DNA of 64,000 nucleotides, taken from contig NC_058368.1 in the NCBI RefSeq assembly GCF_018350175.1, forward strand, positions 39,806,001 through 39,870,000, in the 5' to 3' direction. The DNA comes from Felis catus. Lineage: Eukaryota. Under the pieces are notes generated by a model that was given only the letters and a program-made list of their open reading frames with translations, made no database searches and had not been told where the DNA came from. The position numbers and the translations under genes are program-made. Position 1 is the first letter of the stretch, and every line of letters begins with the position of its first letter. Shown one piece after another: positions 25,441 through 39,380 of the stretch.

Positions 25441-26716
25441 AATAGCCATGACTTGGAAAGGAAGAAGAGTTGTAGAAATAATGAAAAGAAGAAGGATATA
25501 AAGGTTATAGGTTGAAGAAACTAAATGTTAAAATAGAGGTGTGGCAGAGATTACAGAGAGAAAACAAAACTGTAGAATGATAGCATTTACTACAGTTGTA
25601 GAAGTTCTATGTACGGAAATCTTGATGTATAGAGAGTCATTTTTAAGAGTTTAGTCTGTGAAACCGAAACTTATTTCAAAGCCAGGGTCTGCAATGTATA
25701 CTTGGAAATGTATTTACATCTCTTTGCACTTGAGTTACCCACTCCATAAATTAAGATAATGATAAATTTTTCTTAAGTGAAAATTAATTGAGTACATGTA
25801 AGGACATAAAATGACATAAAATGCATGAAATGTATTCTAAAAACAGGATGTTTATTTAATAATTTATTATTTTAATCCTTCAATTCCCAAGTCAAATTAA
25901 GTTTTCACATTTCTGTATGAGTTATCAATTTCCCCTTTAATTTACTGTGTAAACTTGTCAAATCACTTTCTGTCTTCATGTCTCAACTTTCTAATCTGTG
26001 AAAAACACCATCAAACTGAAACAATTCTCTTCAAATGCTAAATTATATCAATTTCCTCTGCATTGGTAAAAGTGTCTAGAATTGGACACAAAATATGGAA
26101 ATTAGATAAACATTAGAAAGTTACTACTATATTTTCCCTTTATAGACATTGCAAGCACCTGAGAAAACATAACAATCATAATCATAATCTTTGAAAAAGT
26201 CAAACTGTCTTAATTTTCTAAAAATTTTCTGTATCATTAAAAGTACTTGAGTTAAAGAATGAAAGAAACACTAATGGGCTTGAATAGTAATGGTACAAAC
26301 ATATATTGTGAATATTAAATAATAATTAAAGTTTCATAATTTTTTAATCCTTTATACTATTAAAAGAGAGTCACTAAGAGAGAGAACTACACATGCAAAA
26401 AACCCTAAGTGAAACCCATAATTTTAAAATTTAACTCACTTTATGTATTAACTATTTTGATTGCTGATTTGATTTTCATGCACATGAAAGCAAAAGCAGT
26501 GGACTTACTTCCAAGTGGTAGTTATGTTGATACAAATAATTTAAAAAAATGTTGTGTTTTTTTTTCTAATGCTTAAATTTTAACAGCTGTTATAACTGAA
26601 TCACCATTTTCTCCTGATTTTATTATGGCTGGATACATGCTGCTAGAGGAGAGCTTGAGTAATTGCTATACTAACTTTTTTCTATATAAATACTTAAAAT
26701 TGAAAGTTTAAGTCTT

Positions 26717-26948
26717 GGGGTGCCTGGGTGGCTTAGTCAGTTGAGTGTATGACTCTTGATTTTGGCTCAGGTCATTATCCCAGGATCTGGGAATCAAGCC
26801 CTGTGTTGGGCTTCGTATGTGGAGCCTGCTTAGGATCCTCTGTCTCTGTCTCTGTCTCTCTCTCTGTCTCTCTCCCCCTCTTTCTCCCCCTTTTTGTCCT
26901 CCCCTCACTCAGACTCTATAAATCAATCAATGAATCAATCAATATATA
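26717..26948 (+). mobile_element. Can-SINE (older)
   Basis: ggggtgcctgggtggct head, CT tract, aatc-type tail. Confidence 0.92.
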
Positions 26949-28181
26949 AAGCTGAAGCCTTAATTCAATGTTTTAAGTTTGTTCCTTGAGGATGATAACA
27001 GGCATTTAGGATTTGACTTCAGATTTCTCAAATCTTAAAATGGCATCGTACACGAAAAACATTAATGATTGTATACATGAAAAACACAAGGAAATGCTGG
27101 TAGCTAATAGAATTCTGAGAAATGGAAACATATATAGGGGAAGAAATTTAGGAAATTATTCTAAAGTCTTTAGGGTTAATAACACCAAAATTTCATGTTA
27201 ATTGACCAAAAAGGGACAAAATAATGTGAAATTTAACTCAATGTTTAGTCTCAAAAACCATGTTTTGAGACTGGAAATTTTCCAGTCTTCCACCTGTCTT
27301 TTAAATATAACTAATGGGATTTTTAAAATCTGCTCTATACTTTATCTTTAATTTATTCTTGAACGATATCAAAAGTCTGTGAAAAATATAAGGATTGAAA
27401 TGTCAAAGGTCACATAAGCCAACTTAAATATGCTTATCCAAAAGTAGTCTACTAATTTGTTTCCCTGTATAATTGTGTGGGCTTTGATTTCCTGCAAAAT
27501 GTTCAGGTGGTGAAACATGATTATTTTGTACACCAGAACTCAAGCCTACATATGGTGCTGAATCAATGAACAAGGATTAAAGGAGGCAAGTTTTAAGCAC
27601 AAGACTGGTATGGAAATGAAAGTGAAATATGAGCCAAGGAGCGTAAATCTGTCTATACTATCTAAGAAATGAAAAACCAAGATGAATCTACTCATCCTGT
27701 ATATTTATACTGTAACTATAGATATGAGGACACCTTGTATATTTAGATTTCTTTCAGAGAATCATCAGCCTAAATAAATCTATACAAAGATATGTAGTGC
27801 CACAGTAATTTTCAATAATGGGAAAAATTCTCTAACAAATCCTTAATTATCCAAATAATTATCTAAATAAATGGGAGAAAGACACATACTTATCATGGTG
27901 AACATTTTTGATAACAACCTTGTCCCTTTAATTTTCTCTTCAATGATTTTGTATTTTTACCAGAGGAAAAAAGATGTTACACACTTCCTTATCATCTCTA
28001 TTACTTACTACTGTCTTATCCTACTTTCCTAATTTTATCTGAACAAGATATCCTAAATAATGTGACACATTAGAAATGAATACATTGTAATGCCCTCACT
28101 AACTGACGTGGCAATATATCCTAATGCATTCTTTGATTCAAATATCAACATACAGGGTATAAAGTCTTATGATGTAGTCAG

Positions 28182-28418
28182 GTTTTTTTTTTATTTTTAA
28201 TTTTTTTTTTTTTTTATGTTTGATTTCGTTTTGAGAGGGAGAGAGACAGAGCACAAGTGGGGGAGGGTCAGAGAGAGAGGGAGACACAGAATCCTAAGCA
28301 GGCTCCAGGCTCTGAGCTGTCAGCACAGAGCCCGATACGGGGCTCGAACTCGCCAGTTGTGAGATCATGACCTGAGCTGAAGTCGGACACTTAACCGACT
28401 GAGCCACCCAGGCGCCCC
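28182..28418 (-). mobile_element. Can-SINE
   Basis: TSD tgatgtagtcag at 28170-28181 and 28419-28430. Confidence 0.97.
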
Positions 28419-29277
28419 TGATGTAGTCAGTTTTTAATACTTGTCAGTATTCTGTTTTCAATGTTTATCCTTCCTAATATGTTTTGGAAAAAAGAAATTT
28501 GTCTCTTGTCTGCATCTGAGCCATCCACCCCACAACATGCTCCTAGCTACAATTCCTAACACCACAGTGGATTGCAACTCTCCACTCTGCTGTAATTTCC
28601 TGGTCGATGGCCTTGTCTGGCAGGATGTGAATTTTCCTATGTTGTTTTTATAGGTATGAATATCCCTTTATTGCCTCACTATTCTATTCCCCAGGACTCT
28701 ATGTTTTATCAGACTGGATTGAAAAATCAGAGTAACTCAAAGAAATTACAGTGCAGGAGGCATGGAAACCCTTCTCACATAACAGTCCTAGCAGCGCAAA
28801 GGAAAATTATCCTCACTAATGCATTGTAGTTCCTAACTTCGTCTCTGTCCTCAAACCTGGACATCTCTTAGAGCAAATCACCTATAAACTGCCACGCTAG
28901 AAATGTGTACTGCCAGAGGGCAATCCACCTTCCACCCAGAGAGATTGTCCAGGCCTCAGAATATACCTTCCTTTCTTTCTCACATGTATTCTCACCTGAG
29001 CACAGGAATGCTGCCGTTTTCCACCGTACAATCTCAACATATGAATCATTCAGCCTAAAATATCAAAGGTCGAAGAACGGAGAAAGATGATGTATTTACA
29101 GAATAATCAGGGATCCACTTTGGATTGGGCATTACAAATCCATCAAAGTTATCCAGAATGGGCTTGGTTTCAACAAGTTCAATTTTCTTTTAAGTCTCCT
29201 GGCTATAGTGAAGTGGAGCAGACATGTGTTACTTTTTTCTGTAGCTGAACCTTTAATCATAACTTGTAGACATTCAT

Positions 29278-29484
29278 GGGGCACCTGGGTGGCTCAGTCG
29301 GTTAAGCATCTGACTTCAGCTCAGGTCATGGTCTCACAGTCTGTGAGTTCAAGCCCCACCTCAAGCTCTTATCTGACAGCTCAGAGCCCGCAGCCTGCTT
29401 CAGATTCTGCCTCCCTCTCTCTTCCCCTCCCCCACTCATGCTCTGTCTCTCAAAAATGAAGAAATGTTAAAAAAATTTTTTTAA
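29278..29484 (+). mobile_element. Can-SINE
   Basis: TSD ataacttgtagacattca at 29259-29276 and 29485-29502. Confidence 0.97.
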
Positions 29485-29635
29485 ATAACTTGTAGACATT
29501 CACTCATAAAACAAATATTATGTTCCCACTTGTGTCTATATTTGCATTTGTTCTTTATATTTTAAAGTTTAAGAAATTTTGATCTAGCAATGAACAAAAC
29601 TGTCAAGAACCATACCCTTATGAAGCTTGCGTTCT

Positions 29636-29840
29636 TTTTTTAAATGTTTATTTATTTATTGGGAGAGAAAGAGAGCACAAGCAAGGGGAAGGGGTGAGAG
29701 AGGAGAGAGAGAATCCCAAGCAGGCTCCACACTGTCAGTGTAGAGCTCAATGTGGGGCTTGATCCCACAAATCTTGAGATCACGACCTGAGCTGAAATCA
29801 AGAGTCTGACGCTTAACAGACTGAGCCATCCACATGCTCC
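29636..29840 (-). mobile_element. Can-SINE nested in L2
   Basis: TSD tgaagcttgcgttct at 29621-29635 and 29841-29855. Confidence 0.96.
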
Positions 29841-30340
29841 TGAAGCTTGCGTTCTCTGGAGACAAGAGAGAAAACAAATAAGAACAAAACTTGTGTGACA
29901 GAATATAATATGAACTAAGTGAAAAATCAAAACAGGGAGTGTTTGAGAATGGACTGCATTTCTAAATAGGAGTCTGGGAAGCCTCACGAAGAATGGGACA
30001 CAGAACAGAGGGCAAGAGTAAGGGTGATAAATGATTCAGATATGAACCATTAAATGAACAAACACAAAGGCTGGCAGCATTCTCGTCACACGTGAGGCAA
30101 ATGAAGGAAAGCAGTGTGGCTAGAATAGACTATGATAGCATGAGAATTTAATTCCAGATGAGGGAGGAACTTGTAGAGCACGCCACATGCTTTGGCTTTT
30201 TTTGCGTCTAAGAGGGAAAGCGCTGGAAGATTTTCAGCAGAGCAGTAATGTGATCTGACCTAAGGTGTAGCAGAATCATGCTGACTGCAGCGTTCAGAAG
30301 ATATTGAAGAGGAGCAACGATGGAAGAAAAGGAGAGCAGT

Positions 30341-30519
30341 TAGGAGGCTACTGCAATAATCAGGGGCTTCTGCAATAACCGGGAGCTACCACCAGGATAC
30401 AATGATGAGAAGCTGCTGCAATAATTAGGGACTGCTACAATAATCGTGGGCAACCCAACAACCAAGAAGCTACTTCGATGAGGGACCACTGCAATAACAA
30501 GGAGGCTACTGCAATAATC
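30341..30519. repeat. Degenerate ~19-20 bp minisatellite, consensus aggaggctactgcaataatc, ~10 units
   Basis: Recurrent ctgcaataa/ctacaataa cores; first and last units identical. Confidence 0.85.
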
Positions 30520-31897
30520 AAGCCTGAGATGATAGTGCCTGGATGGGGTGTTACAACAAAGAACATAGAGCAATAAACAGACTTAGGCTTTATTTTGAAA
30601 ATTGGCCCTACAGGATTTCTGGACAGACGCCACATATAGTGTGAGAGAAAGAGAGAGATTTTCTAAAAAAAAGAAAAAAAGAGTCACATCAACATGTATG
30701 TTTGTTCATTGCTTTTGCTAAGGGAAGACGGAATTGCTGACTGAGATGGGAAATATTGTGGGTGAAGCAGGCTTGGGGAAGTTGGACTGGAATTTCAATA
30801 CTGGACACGGAAAATGCTGCAAGAGGTTTTTTCCAAAGTGTGTTCTGAAGGTTACTAGGTACGTGAGATTCTTCAGAAAATGTCACATTTTTATTTTTAG
30901 AAATACCTCTGTGTTCATCTCTTAAAATATAGAAAGGCGTTTTTTTAAAGTCCTACTGCCAATAAAATGCACCATCTTTACTTCGCCTTTTTCACAGGCA
31001 TTCGTAGCTATGAATGACCGTGGGTTTGGGTTTGTTTTGAGATCCATAATTACTGTAAATATCCAGTAGAAATATGATTCTGTGGAACAAAAAATGTGGC
31101 AGGCATATACAATGGAATATTATTCCAGAATCTTTGTTGAAAGATTGAAATCTTAACTATTAAAGGTCAGGAAACGTACAAAAGTTTTTTACACATATCT
31201 TTTTTCCTACTCCTTAAAAAGTATGCAAAAAGATCATTAATATTTCAAACTTTCAAATGATGATAGTTTTCTTGCATAAAGAAATTATCAGTGTTTCCCT
31301 CCAACCCCTGTCCCCAGGAAGAGATTACACATGTTTATACTATGTATTCTACTCACTGCAAGGAACAAAAAGCATCCTCTATGAAATTTCTCCTTAAATT
31401 GACCAAAATCGTTTTTATGTTAATGTCTAAAAGGCCCTGTTTTTTTTTTTTCCTATCTAAGTAACAGCATCTGTTGACTATTAAGGTGAGGTCCAGAAGA
31501 AAAAAGCACATTTAGAAATGAGTACTCAAGTGAGAATTTCTCTAACTCTTGGATTTTAGAGACAAGCATACAAGAAATACTTCTATGTAACCTTTGAAAG
31601 GAAGCATTTTGAAAATTGAATTAGTTTTGTTAATATTCATACTTATTCAATATTCTTTACATTGTAACTAAATTATATTAGGCTTTGTTGAGAGAAATAC
31701 AACATACATGCTCAAAATTTTGCGATAAAGATATCTGATAAATATTAAAGTAGGAGATGAGGGTCATCTGTATTTTTAGGGTTTATTGTAGCTTTAAATT
31801 CAATGCAAATAAACTCAAAAGAAGAAAAGATTAGCACTTCATTTTTGTGTGGAAAAAAATCATCACGTAATTAGTTACATTGAAAATTTTCATTTTA

Positions 31898-32115
31898 GGG
31901 GCGCCTGGGTGGCTCAGTCGGTTAAGTATCCGACTTCAGCTCAGGTCATGATTTCACAGTCCATGGGTTCGAACCCCGTGTTGGGCTCTGTGCTCACCGC
32001 TCAGAGCTGGAGCCTGCTTCGGATTCTGTGTCTCCCTCTCTCTCTGCCCCTCCCCTGCTCATGCTCTGTCTCTGTCTCAAAAATAAATAAAAACATTAAA
32101 AATTTTTTTTAAAAA
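31898..32115 (+). mobile_element. Can-SINE
   Basis: TSD gaaaattttcatttta at 31882-31897 and 32116-32131. Confidence 0.97.
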
Positions 32116-32145
32116 GAAAATTTTCATTTTAAATTTTGTATTTTT

Positions 32146-32198
32146 TTCACTTCATTTCATTTCACTTCATTTCATTTTCATTTTTCACTTCATTTCAT
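32146..32198. repeat. Imperfect (TTCAT/TTCAC)n pentanucleotide repeat
   Basis: Directly visible. Confidence 0.8.
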
Positions 32199-32834
32199 TA
32201 AACTTGACCCAACAAGTTTAAGGTCAATGAACTGTGCATTAGAGCAAGAGTTGTTTGCCTCCAAGGGTTGATTAAGTAGTGCACAAATATTTTGTAAGTA
32301 TCTTCAGAAATATAATATGAAATGTTGGGAACACTGTGCTTTCAACCATTTCTATCACTTTGTTTATGACAAAAACAGGGTTCCCACTGAGGCAAATTCT
32401 GTTTTAGTGAGTGCTACTAAAGTTTATTCCACGGACACGCTGCTTTTGTTGGTGATACAAAACAAATTCTGTGGTTACAAGAATGTTAAAGAGAAAAATG
32501 CAAGTTAGGAGATATTTCACCCAGTTTTATCCTGAAAGACATTAATAAATTATCAAATGTGGTTTAAAAATAGATCTGCTCCATTTTCTTTCCCCTAGTT
32601 TAGATGCTTCTCTTTATAGTTGTATATGTTTTCATTTTACCTCTTACACATTTATGTAGAACATAAACAGTTATAGCTAATGTTAAGTGTAATGTTACAC
32701 TTTTATAGGATGTTTTACTCACTAAAAGACAGGAATTACTCCTTTTCTTCCTGATGTAAATCCTTTATTAGATTTTTCCACATTATTTATTATGGCATTC
32801 GAGTTTGTTCAACTTCTATTTAAGGACTTTGTGG

Positions 32835-33510
32835 AATTTTAAAAATGGAGATATAATTAACAAATTACATTGTGTAAATTTGAGGTGTACAAATGCTGAT
32901 TTGATACTTATATTCATTACAATATTATTACCACCATAGCATTAGCTAAAATCTCCATCATGTCATATAATTATCATTACTTTTTTGTGGCGAGAACATT
33001 TAACAATTCTGAAGTATGTAGTGCAGTATTGTTAACTAGAAACAATGCTGTGCATTAGCTCTTCAGACTTATCATCTTCCAACTGCTAGTTTGTACCCTT
33101 GAACAACATTTCCCCAATTTCCCCACTCTCCAACCCCTGGTAACCACCATTCTACTATCTGTTTCTGAGTTCAGCTTTTTTAGATTCTGCATATAAGTAA
33201 TATCATATAGTATTTCTTTCTCTGTTCAATTTATCTCACTTGGCTTAATATCCCCAAGGTCCATCCATGCTGTCACAAATAGCAGGAGTTCCTTCTTTTT
33301 GTAGTTGAATAATATTCCATTGGATGTATATGCCACCTCTCCTTTATCCATTCATCTGTTGAGAGACATTTGGCTGGTTTCCATGTACTGGCTATTGTGA
33401 ATAAAGATGCAATAAAAATGGGAATGCAGATACCCTTTCGAGATCCTATTTTCATTTCCTTTGGATATATATCCATATGTGAGATTGCTGCATTATATGG
33501 TGATTTCATG
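32835..33510 (-). mobile_element. L1MA-type 3' end (ORF2 C-terminus and 3' UTR)
   Basis: ORF 33273-33509 IYPKEMK...FIASLFTIA..W...CLSTDEWIK is the L1 ORF2 C-terminus; L1MA8/9-like UTR. Confidence 0.85.
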
Positions 33511-33674
33511 GTGATTATAACCCCATGAAATTATATCCTAATATAGTATTTCACACCAAAATAATTCAGCATCATAAAATAGTCACTTTCTGGCCAGAAT
33601 AATTTCACAACTATTTGCTATAGGAAAATAGAAGCTTAAATATTTCATAATTGAACTACTTTCCTAATCTGCGT

Positions 33675-34160
33675 TCGGTAGTAATGGCCCCTCTTCATTT
33701 CTGATATTAGAAATTTCTCTTCTTTTTTTATTTTTCTTACTTAGCCTGTCTAGACATTTATAATTCTATTGATCTTTCAAAAAAATGTAGGTTTTGTTGA
33801 TTCTTTTCTATTGATTTGTTTTCAATTTCATTGATTTCTGTCCTAAGTTTTATTATTTTATTTTTGCTCTCTTAGGTTTATATTGTTCATTTTTATCTAT
33901 CTCCTAAGGCAGAAGCCTAGATTATTGATGTTTGATCTTTTCATTTTTTAAGATATGCACTCAATGCTATAAATTTCTCCTAGCATTTTTGCTACATTCA
34001 ACATATTTTCATAACTGTATTTTCATTTTCATTTAGTTCAAAATATCTTAAAATTTCTCTTGAGACATTTTCTATGACACATGTGTTATTTAGAAGTGTG
34101 TTGATTAACCTCCAAATATTTCCAAATTTCCTTGATATCTGCTATTGATATCCACCTAAT
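33675..34160 (-). mobile_element. Old L1M ORF2 fragment
   Basis: ttattttagaagtgtgttg-like and ttttcaatttcattgatttctg antisense ORF2 motifs. Confidence 0.7.
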
Positions 34161-36414
34161 TTCTAAAGCAATTTTTCTCTATTCCTCCCTGTAAGAACCT
34201 TATGTTGCTCCTCTAGGTCAAAGCCATGAAAGTGTGGGGCTCTCCTTAAGACTGGGCCCACAGGAGTTTTTAGCTCTCAAGATAGTCTACACTCAGCCTC
34301 CTACGATCCATCAATTACCATTAAGTGTTCCTAGTTTCCAGTTACTGTCTCAAGCATCTTCTGATCCAGTAGGCTGATGTCAGCTGTGAATTTCTCTCTA
34401 TTCTCCTGACTCTGCAGTTTGAACATGATGGCCTGCCCTATGTCCTCATTTCCATGATGGGTCTAAATAAAGTTTTTGACTTTCAGTTCATTTCAACTGT
34501 TTTCTTTATGTGAGGATGGGAGTAATTACTTCTAAGCTCCTTACATACAGGAGCTTAAACCAGAATCACCATTATTGTATTTTTAATTTTTCACATTGTT
34601 TGCAAAGCATTTTGGTTTATTTGATTAATAATATATCTTCTCTGTTGACATTAACTATAATTGTTGCAGATGGTTTTTCCACTGTTATCTCTGTTGCCTT
34701 CATTGCTATGAGTCACTGATTTCTTAGTATTGCTATCTGCCTTTCATGTTAAAGTCTTTCTTTTAAAGTTAGTGACATGCAACTGTGCATTCATAACTAA
34801 GTTGGGGGTACTCAAAAGCTGTTTGTATGAGACAGTTTGCAGACTGGTGAGCTTTACGGTATAATTACCACTGAAAAGAAACATTATTTAGAGATACTAC
34901 AAGGTTAGTGGCAGAAGACTTGGAATTTCCTGCTCACAAGCATTTAAATATATAGATGGTTATTATTTTTATTTTATCATATAATTATTTTTGGTATATG
35001 ATTATAAATCATCTATAGATCATCTTTTGCAGATGTTTTAAAAGTCCTTGCAGGCCAAAATAAGATTCTGCAAAAACTCCTTCTCAAAATAGTGTTTTAT
35101 ACCCAGAAGTTGTCCTTGAAAAACAACAGATAATTTCTAGTAACTACTGAAGTCCTGGTTGGTTTTACTAGAAATAAGAGAGGTTGGGGAGGAGGTCTTA
35201 GTGCAACTATCCCATGCACTGAATCTCTCTGTTGCTCTAGATCCTTCATTTCCAACTTATGCATGTATTTTACTCAAAGAGAAAGTGGTGAATGTGGCAA
35301 ATATTCCCCTGAAAATTGTACAATTTTATGTAGGGCTTCCAGTGTGAGAAAGTTTAAAAATGATTTCCCTTTCTTTATTCCCTACATACAGATGCTTTAT
35401 AAATAAATGAGTAATGGAAGGCTATAATCAGCATTCTTTCTCACAAATTTACTTAGCAATGGAAGTAAATATCTTAGTATATATGGTAGGGAACAATGCA
35501 GAAGCTACAATGACTGCAACTGTTAATATAATTGTTTACATATTTAATGAAACCATATTTCCTGATTAACTCTCATATCTCTATCTGTCCTTTTTTGTTA
35601 CTCCATTATATGTAAGCTCAGTAACATCACATGATTTTGTTTTTTATAAATGCCTGATGTATTCCCTGGTACTTCTAAAGTAAATAGAGAACAGTCCCTG
35701 CCTTATAGGAACATAACTCTAATATCTGTGAATTAAAATTGTTTTATTTCAAAATATATTATGCTGATGAATTAACAAACATTTAATTATTAGGCAAAAA
35801 GATATAAGAAAATTATTTTTAAAGACTGTCTTTGAAAAGACGGGAACATAATTAGATTTTATTATTTTACAAATAGAAAACATTAAAATTTCTCTATTTT
35901 GTTATTCAAAATGAAAATAGAACATATCATTATATTATTATTATTATTATTATTAATGCTATTTACAATAGGAAACATAAAGTTGAAAAGGAAAATGAAA
36001 ACTAGCCATTCTCTTCTGCCTGGGGCCCTAACTCTTTCTTCCATTCTTTCCCTAAAAGGTAAACAAAGAATCTTAGCTAGATTGCCTTACAGGGTTTTCA
36101 AATAATAGGGAAAAACTATTGCAATTTAAAAGAAAATAATTTAAAATGAAGTCCCTCACCACAGTTGGGCTCCCCTCTCATTCCATCTTAACTCTTCGCC
36201 ATGGTGTTGGGGCCCTACCCAAATTGTTTGAAGTAATTCCCTTTCTGCTACACCTAATTCAATCTGTATAATCCCTGTTTTTAGAAAGGAAAAATCTAAA
36301 CATTATTTTAACTTTTATTGAAAATATGTAAGGTTTCTTGTGCCTGATTTATTTTCCAGTCTGCCTCTGAATCTTCCTCTCCTAAGCAAAATAGGCTTTA
36401 GTATATTTTAATTT

Positions 36415-39380
36415 TTTTCTGTTGTTGCATAACAAATTAACACAAAAGTAATAGAACAGCACATGTTTATTATATTACTTTTTTTATGTAATGGGGCCCA
36501 GGGTCAGGTCTGGACACAGTTCAGCTGATCCTCAGCTCAGGGTCTCACAAGGCTGTAATCAAGGTACTAGCTAGGCCTGAATTTGCATCTGGGGTCTTTA
36601 CTGGGAAAGCAATTTACTTCCAAACTCATTCAGGTTTTTGGCAGAATTCATCTGCTTGCAACTGTTGGAATAAGATTCCAAGCTTCTTGCTGGCTGTCAG
36701 CTGGAAACTGCACTCAGCCTGTGGAGTCCTCCTACAGTTACTAGAAACTTCTCACAATTCCTGGGGGCTGGCTGCAATTCCTCATTGTGAGGGCTTTCCC
36801 AATATGTGTACTTACTTCATCAAACAGGCAGGAAAAGTGTCTAGATCAAGACTGGTTTGCAAATCAGTCAACATATACCACGTTAATAAAAGATAAGAAC
36901 CATATGATCATTTCAAGACACGGAAAAAGCATTTGACAAAGTACAACATCCTTGATAAAAACTCTCACAAAGCAGGTTTAGAGGGAACATACCTCAACAA
37001 AATAAAGACCATATATGAAAAATCCATAGCTAATATCATCCTCAATGGGGAAAAACTGAAAGCTTTTCCTCCTACCATCAGAAACAAGACAGGGATATCC
37101 ACTCTCACCACTGTTATTTAATAACAGTGGAAGTCTCAGCCTCAGACAATCAGACAACAAAAAAGAAATGAAAGGCATCCAAATCAACAAAGAAGAAGTC
37201 AAACTTTCACTATTTGCAGATGATATGATACTCTATATAGAAAACCCAAAAGGTTTCACCAAAAAACTGCTAGAACTCATACACAAATTCGGTAAAGTCT
37301 CAGGATACAAAAACAATGCACAGAAATCTGTTGCATTTCTATACACCAATAATGAAGCACTAGAAGGAGAAATCAAAGAGTCATTCCCACTTATAATTGC
37401 ACCAAAAACCATAAGATACCTAGGAATAAACCTAACTAAAGAGGTGAAAGACCTGTACTCTTAAAACTATAAAACACTGGTGAATGAAATTGAAGATGAC
37501 ATGAAGAAATGGGAAGAAATTCCATGCTCGTGGATTAGAAGAACAAACCTTGTTAAAATATCTATACTACCCAAAGCAATTTACACATTTAACGCAATCC
37601 CTATCAAAATACCACCAGCATTTTTCATAGGGCTAGAACAATCCTAAAATTTGCTGCAAACCACAAAAGACCCCAAACAGCCAAAACAACCATGAAAAAG
37701 AAAAGCAAAGCTGGAAGTGTCACAATTCTGGACTTGAAGTTACAATACTGGGCTGTAGTGATCAAGACAGTATGGTACTGGCATAAAAATAGACACATAG
37801 ATCAATGGACTAGAACAGAAAACCACAAAATAAATCTATAACATATGGTCAATTAATCTTTGATTAAGCAGGAAAGGATATCCAATGGAAAAAAAGATAG
37901 TCTCTTCAACAAATGATGTCGGGAAAACTGGACAGCAACATGCAAAAGAATGAAGCTGGACCACTTTCTTACACCGCACAGAAATCATTTCAAAATGGTT
38001 TAAAGAGATAAATGGGAGACCTGAAACCATCAAATCCTACAGAGGCAGTAGTAACCTCTTTGACATTGGCCACAGCAACTTCTTTCTAGATATGTCTCCC
38101 GAGGCAAGGGAAACAAAAGCAAAAATAAACTATTGGGACTTCATCAACATAAAAGACTTCTGCACAGCAAAGGAAACAATCAACAAAACTAACAGGTAAC
38201 CTACAGAATGGGAAAAGATATTTGCAAATGTCATATCCAATAAAGGGTTAGTACCCAAATATATATAAACATTTTATAAAACTCAACAACCAAAAATAAA
38301 TAATTCATTAAAAATGGGCAGAAGACATGAATAGACATTTTTACAAAGAAGATATCCAGATGGCCAACAGACACATAAAGTATGCTCAACATCACTGATC
38401 ATCGGGGAAATACAAATCAAAACTTCAATGAAATATCACCTCACAGCTGTCAAAATGGCTAAAATCAACAGCACAAGAAATAACAAGTGTTAGTGAGAAT
38501 GTGTATTGAAAGGAGAACCCTTCTACATTGTTGGTGGGAATGCAAACTGGTGCAGCCACTCTGGAAAACAGTGTGGATGTTCCTGAGAAAGTTAAAAAAA
38601 GAACTATCCTATGATCCAGCAATTGCATTACTAGGTATTTACCCAAAGAATACAAAAATACCAATTCAAAGGGATACATTATCTACAGTAGACAAATTAT
38701 GGAAAGAGCCCATGTATATATCAACTGATGAATGGATAAAAAGAGGTGGTATGTGTATACACATATATATTTGGAATATTACTCAGCCAGGAAAAGAATG
38801 AAATCTTGTCATTTGCAAAGATGCAGGTGGAGCTAGAGCTATTAGGCTAAGCAAAGTAAGTCAGTCAGAGAAAGACAAATACCATATGATTTCACTTATA
38901 TGGAATTTAAGAAACAAAAAAAATTGAACAAAGAGAAAAGAAGAGAGAGACAATGGCAAACCAAGAAACAGACTCTTAACTATAGAGGACAAACTGATAG
39001 TTACCAGACGGGAGGAGGGTGGCGAAACGGGTTAAATAAGTGATGGGGTATACATCTGAAACTAATCCTATACTGTAAATAAATGGAATTTAAATAAAAA
39101 CTTTAAAATTTTTTAAATAAATAATTTTTAAAATTTAGAAAAAGAAAAAAATACATGTCATGAAATAACTTAGCAAAAAAAAGAAGACTGATAAGAAGAC
39201 AGAATCTTATATAATATAAGGTAATCATAAAGTAACATTCCCCTTTTTCATCTTCTATTGGGTGAAGTAAATTGCAGATCACATCCACACTTGGACAGGG
39301 AAGGTAATACACAAGGTACAAATACCAAGGTTAAAAAGCACGAGTGGTATATGGTAGGTATCTGAGAACATGTCTGCCAC
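36415..39380 (-). mobile_element. MLT1D/E-like LTR split by an L1 (LTR parts ~36415-36854 and ~39184-39380)
   Basis: gctcagggtctcacaaggctgtaatcaagg...ggcagaattca...gctggctgtcagctgg, resuming with gacagaatcttatataat...tctattgg...cacacttgga. Confidence 0.75.
36856..39183 (+). mobile_element. 5'-truncated carnivore L1 (RT domain to 3' end), pseudogenised
   Basis: [13 protein letters not shown] motif, [31 protein letters not shown]; 3' UTR and A-rich tail; short TSD aagactg at 36848-36854 and 39184-39190. Confidence 0.95.

Larger units (their letters stand above)
29580..30820 (-). mobile_element. L2a LINE fragment containing a SINE and an internal minisatellite
   Basis: Antisense L2 motifs gcagagcagtaatgtgatctgac, gttaggaggctactgcaataatc, attttgaaa...caggatttctg, gtgtgagagaaagagag, actgagatggg. 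Confidence 0.8.

Noticed and set aside
30341..30519. CRISPR-like array
   Set aside because: Units abut without unique spacers, derive from L2, and the sequence is mammalian
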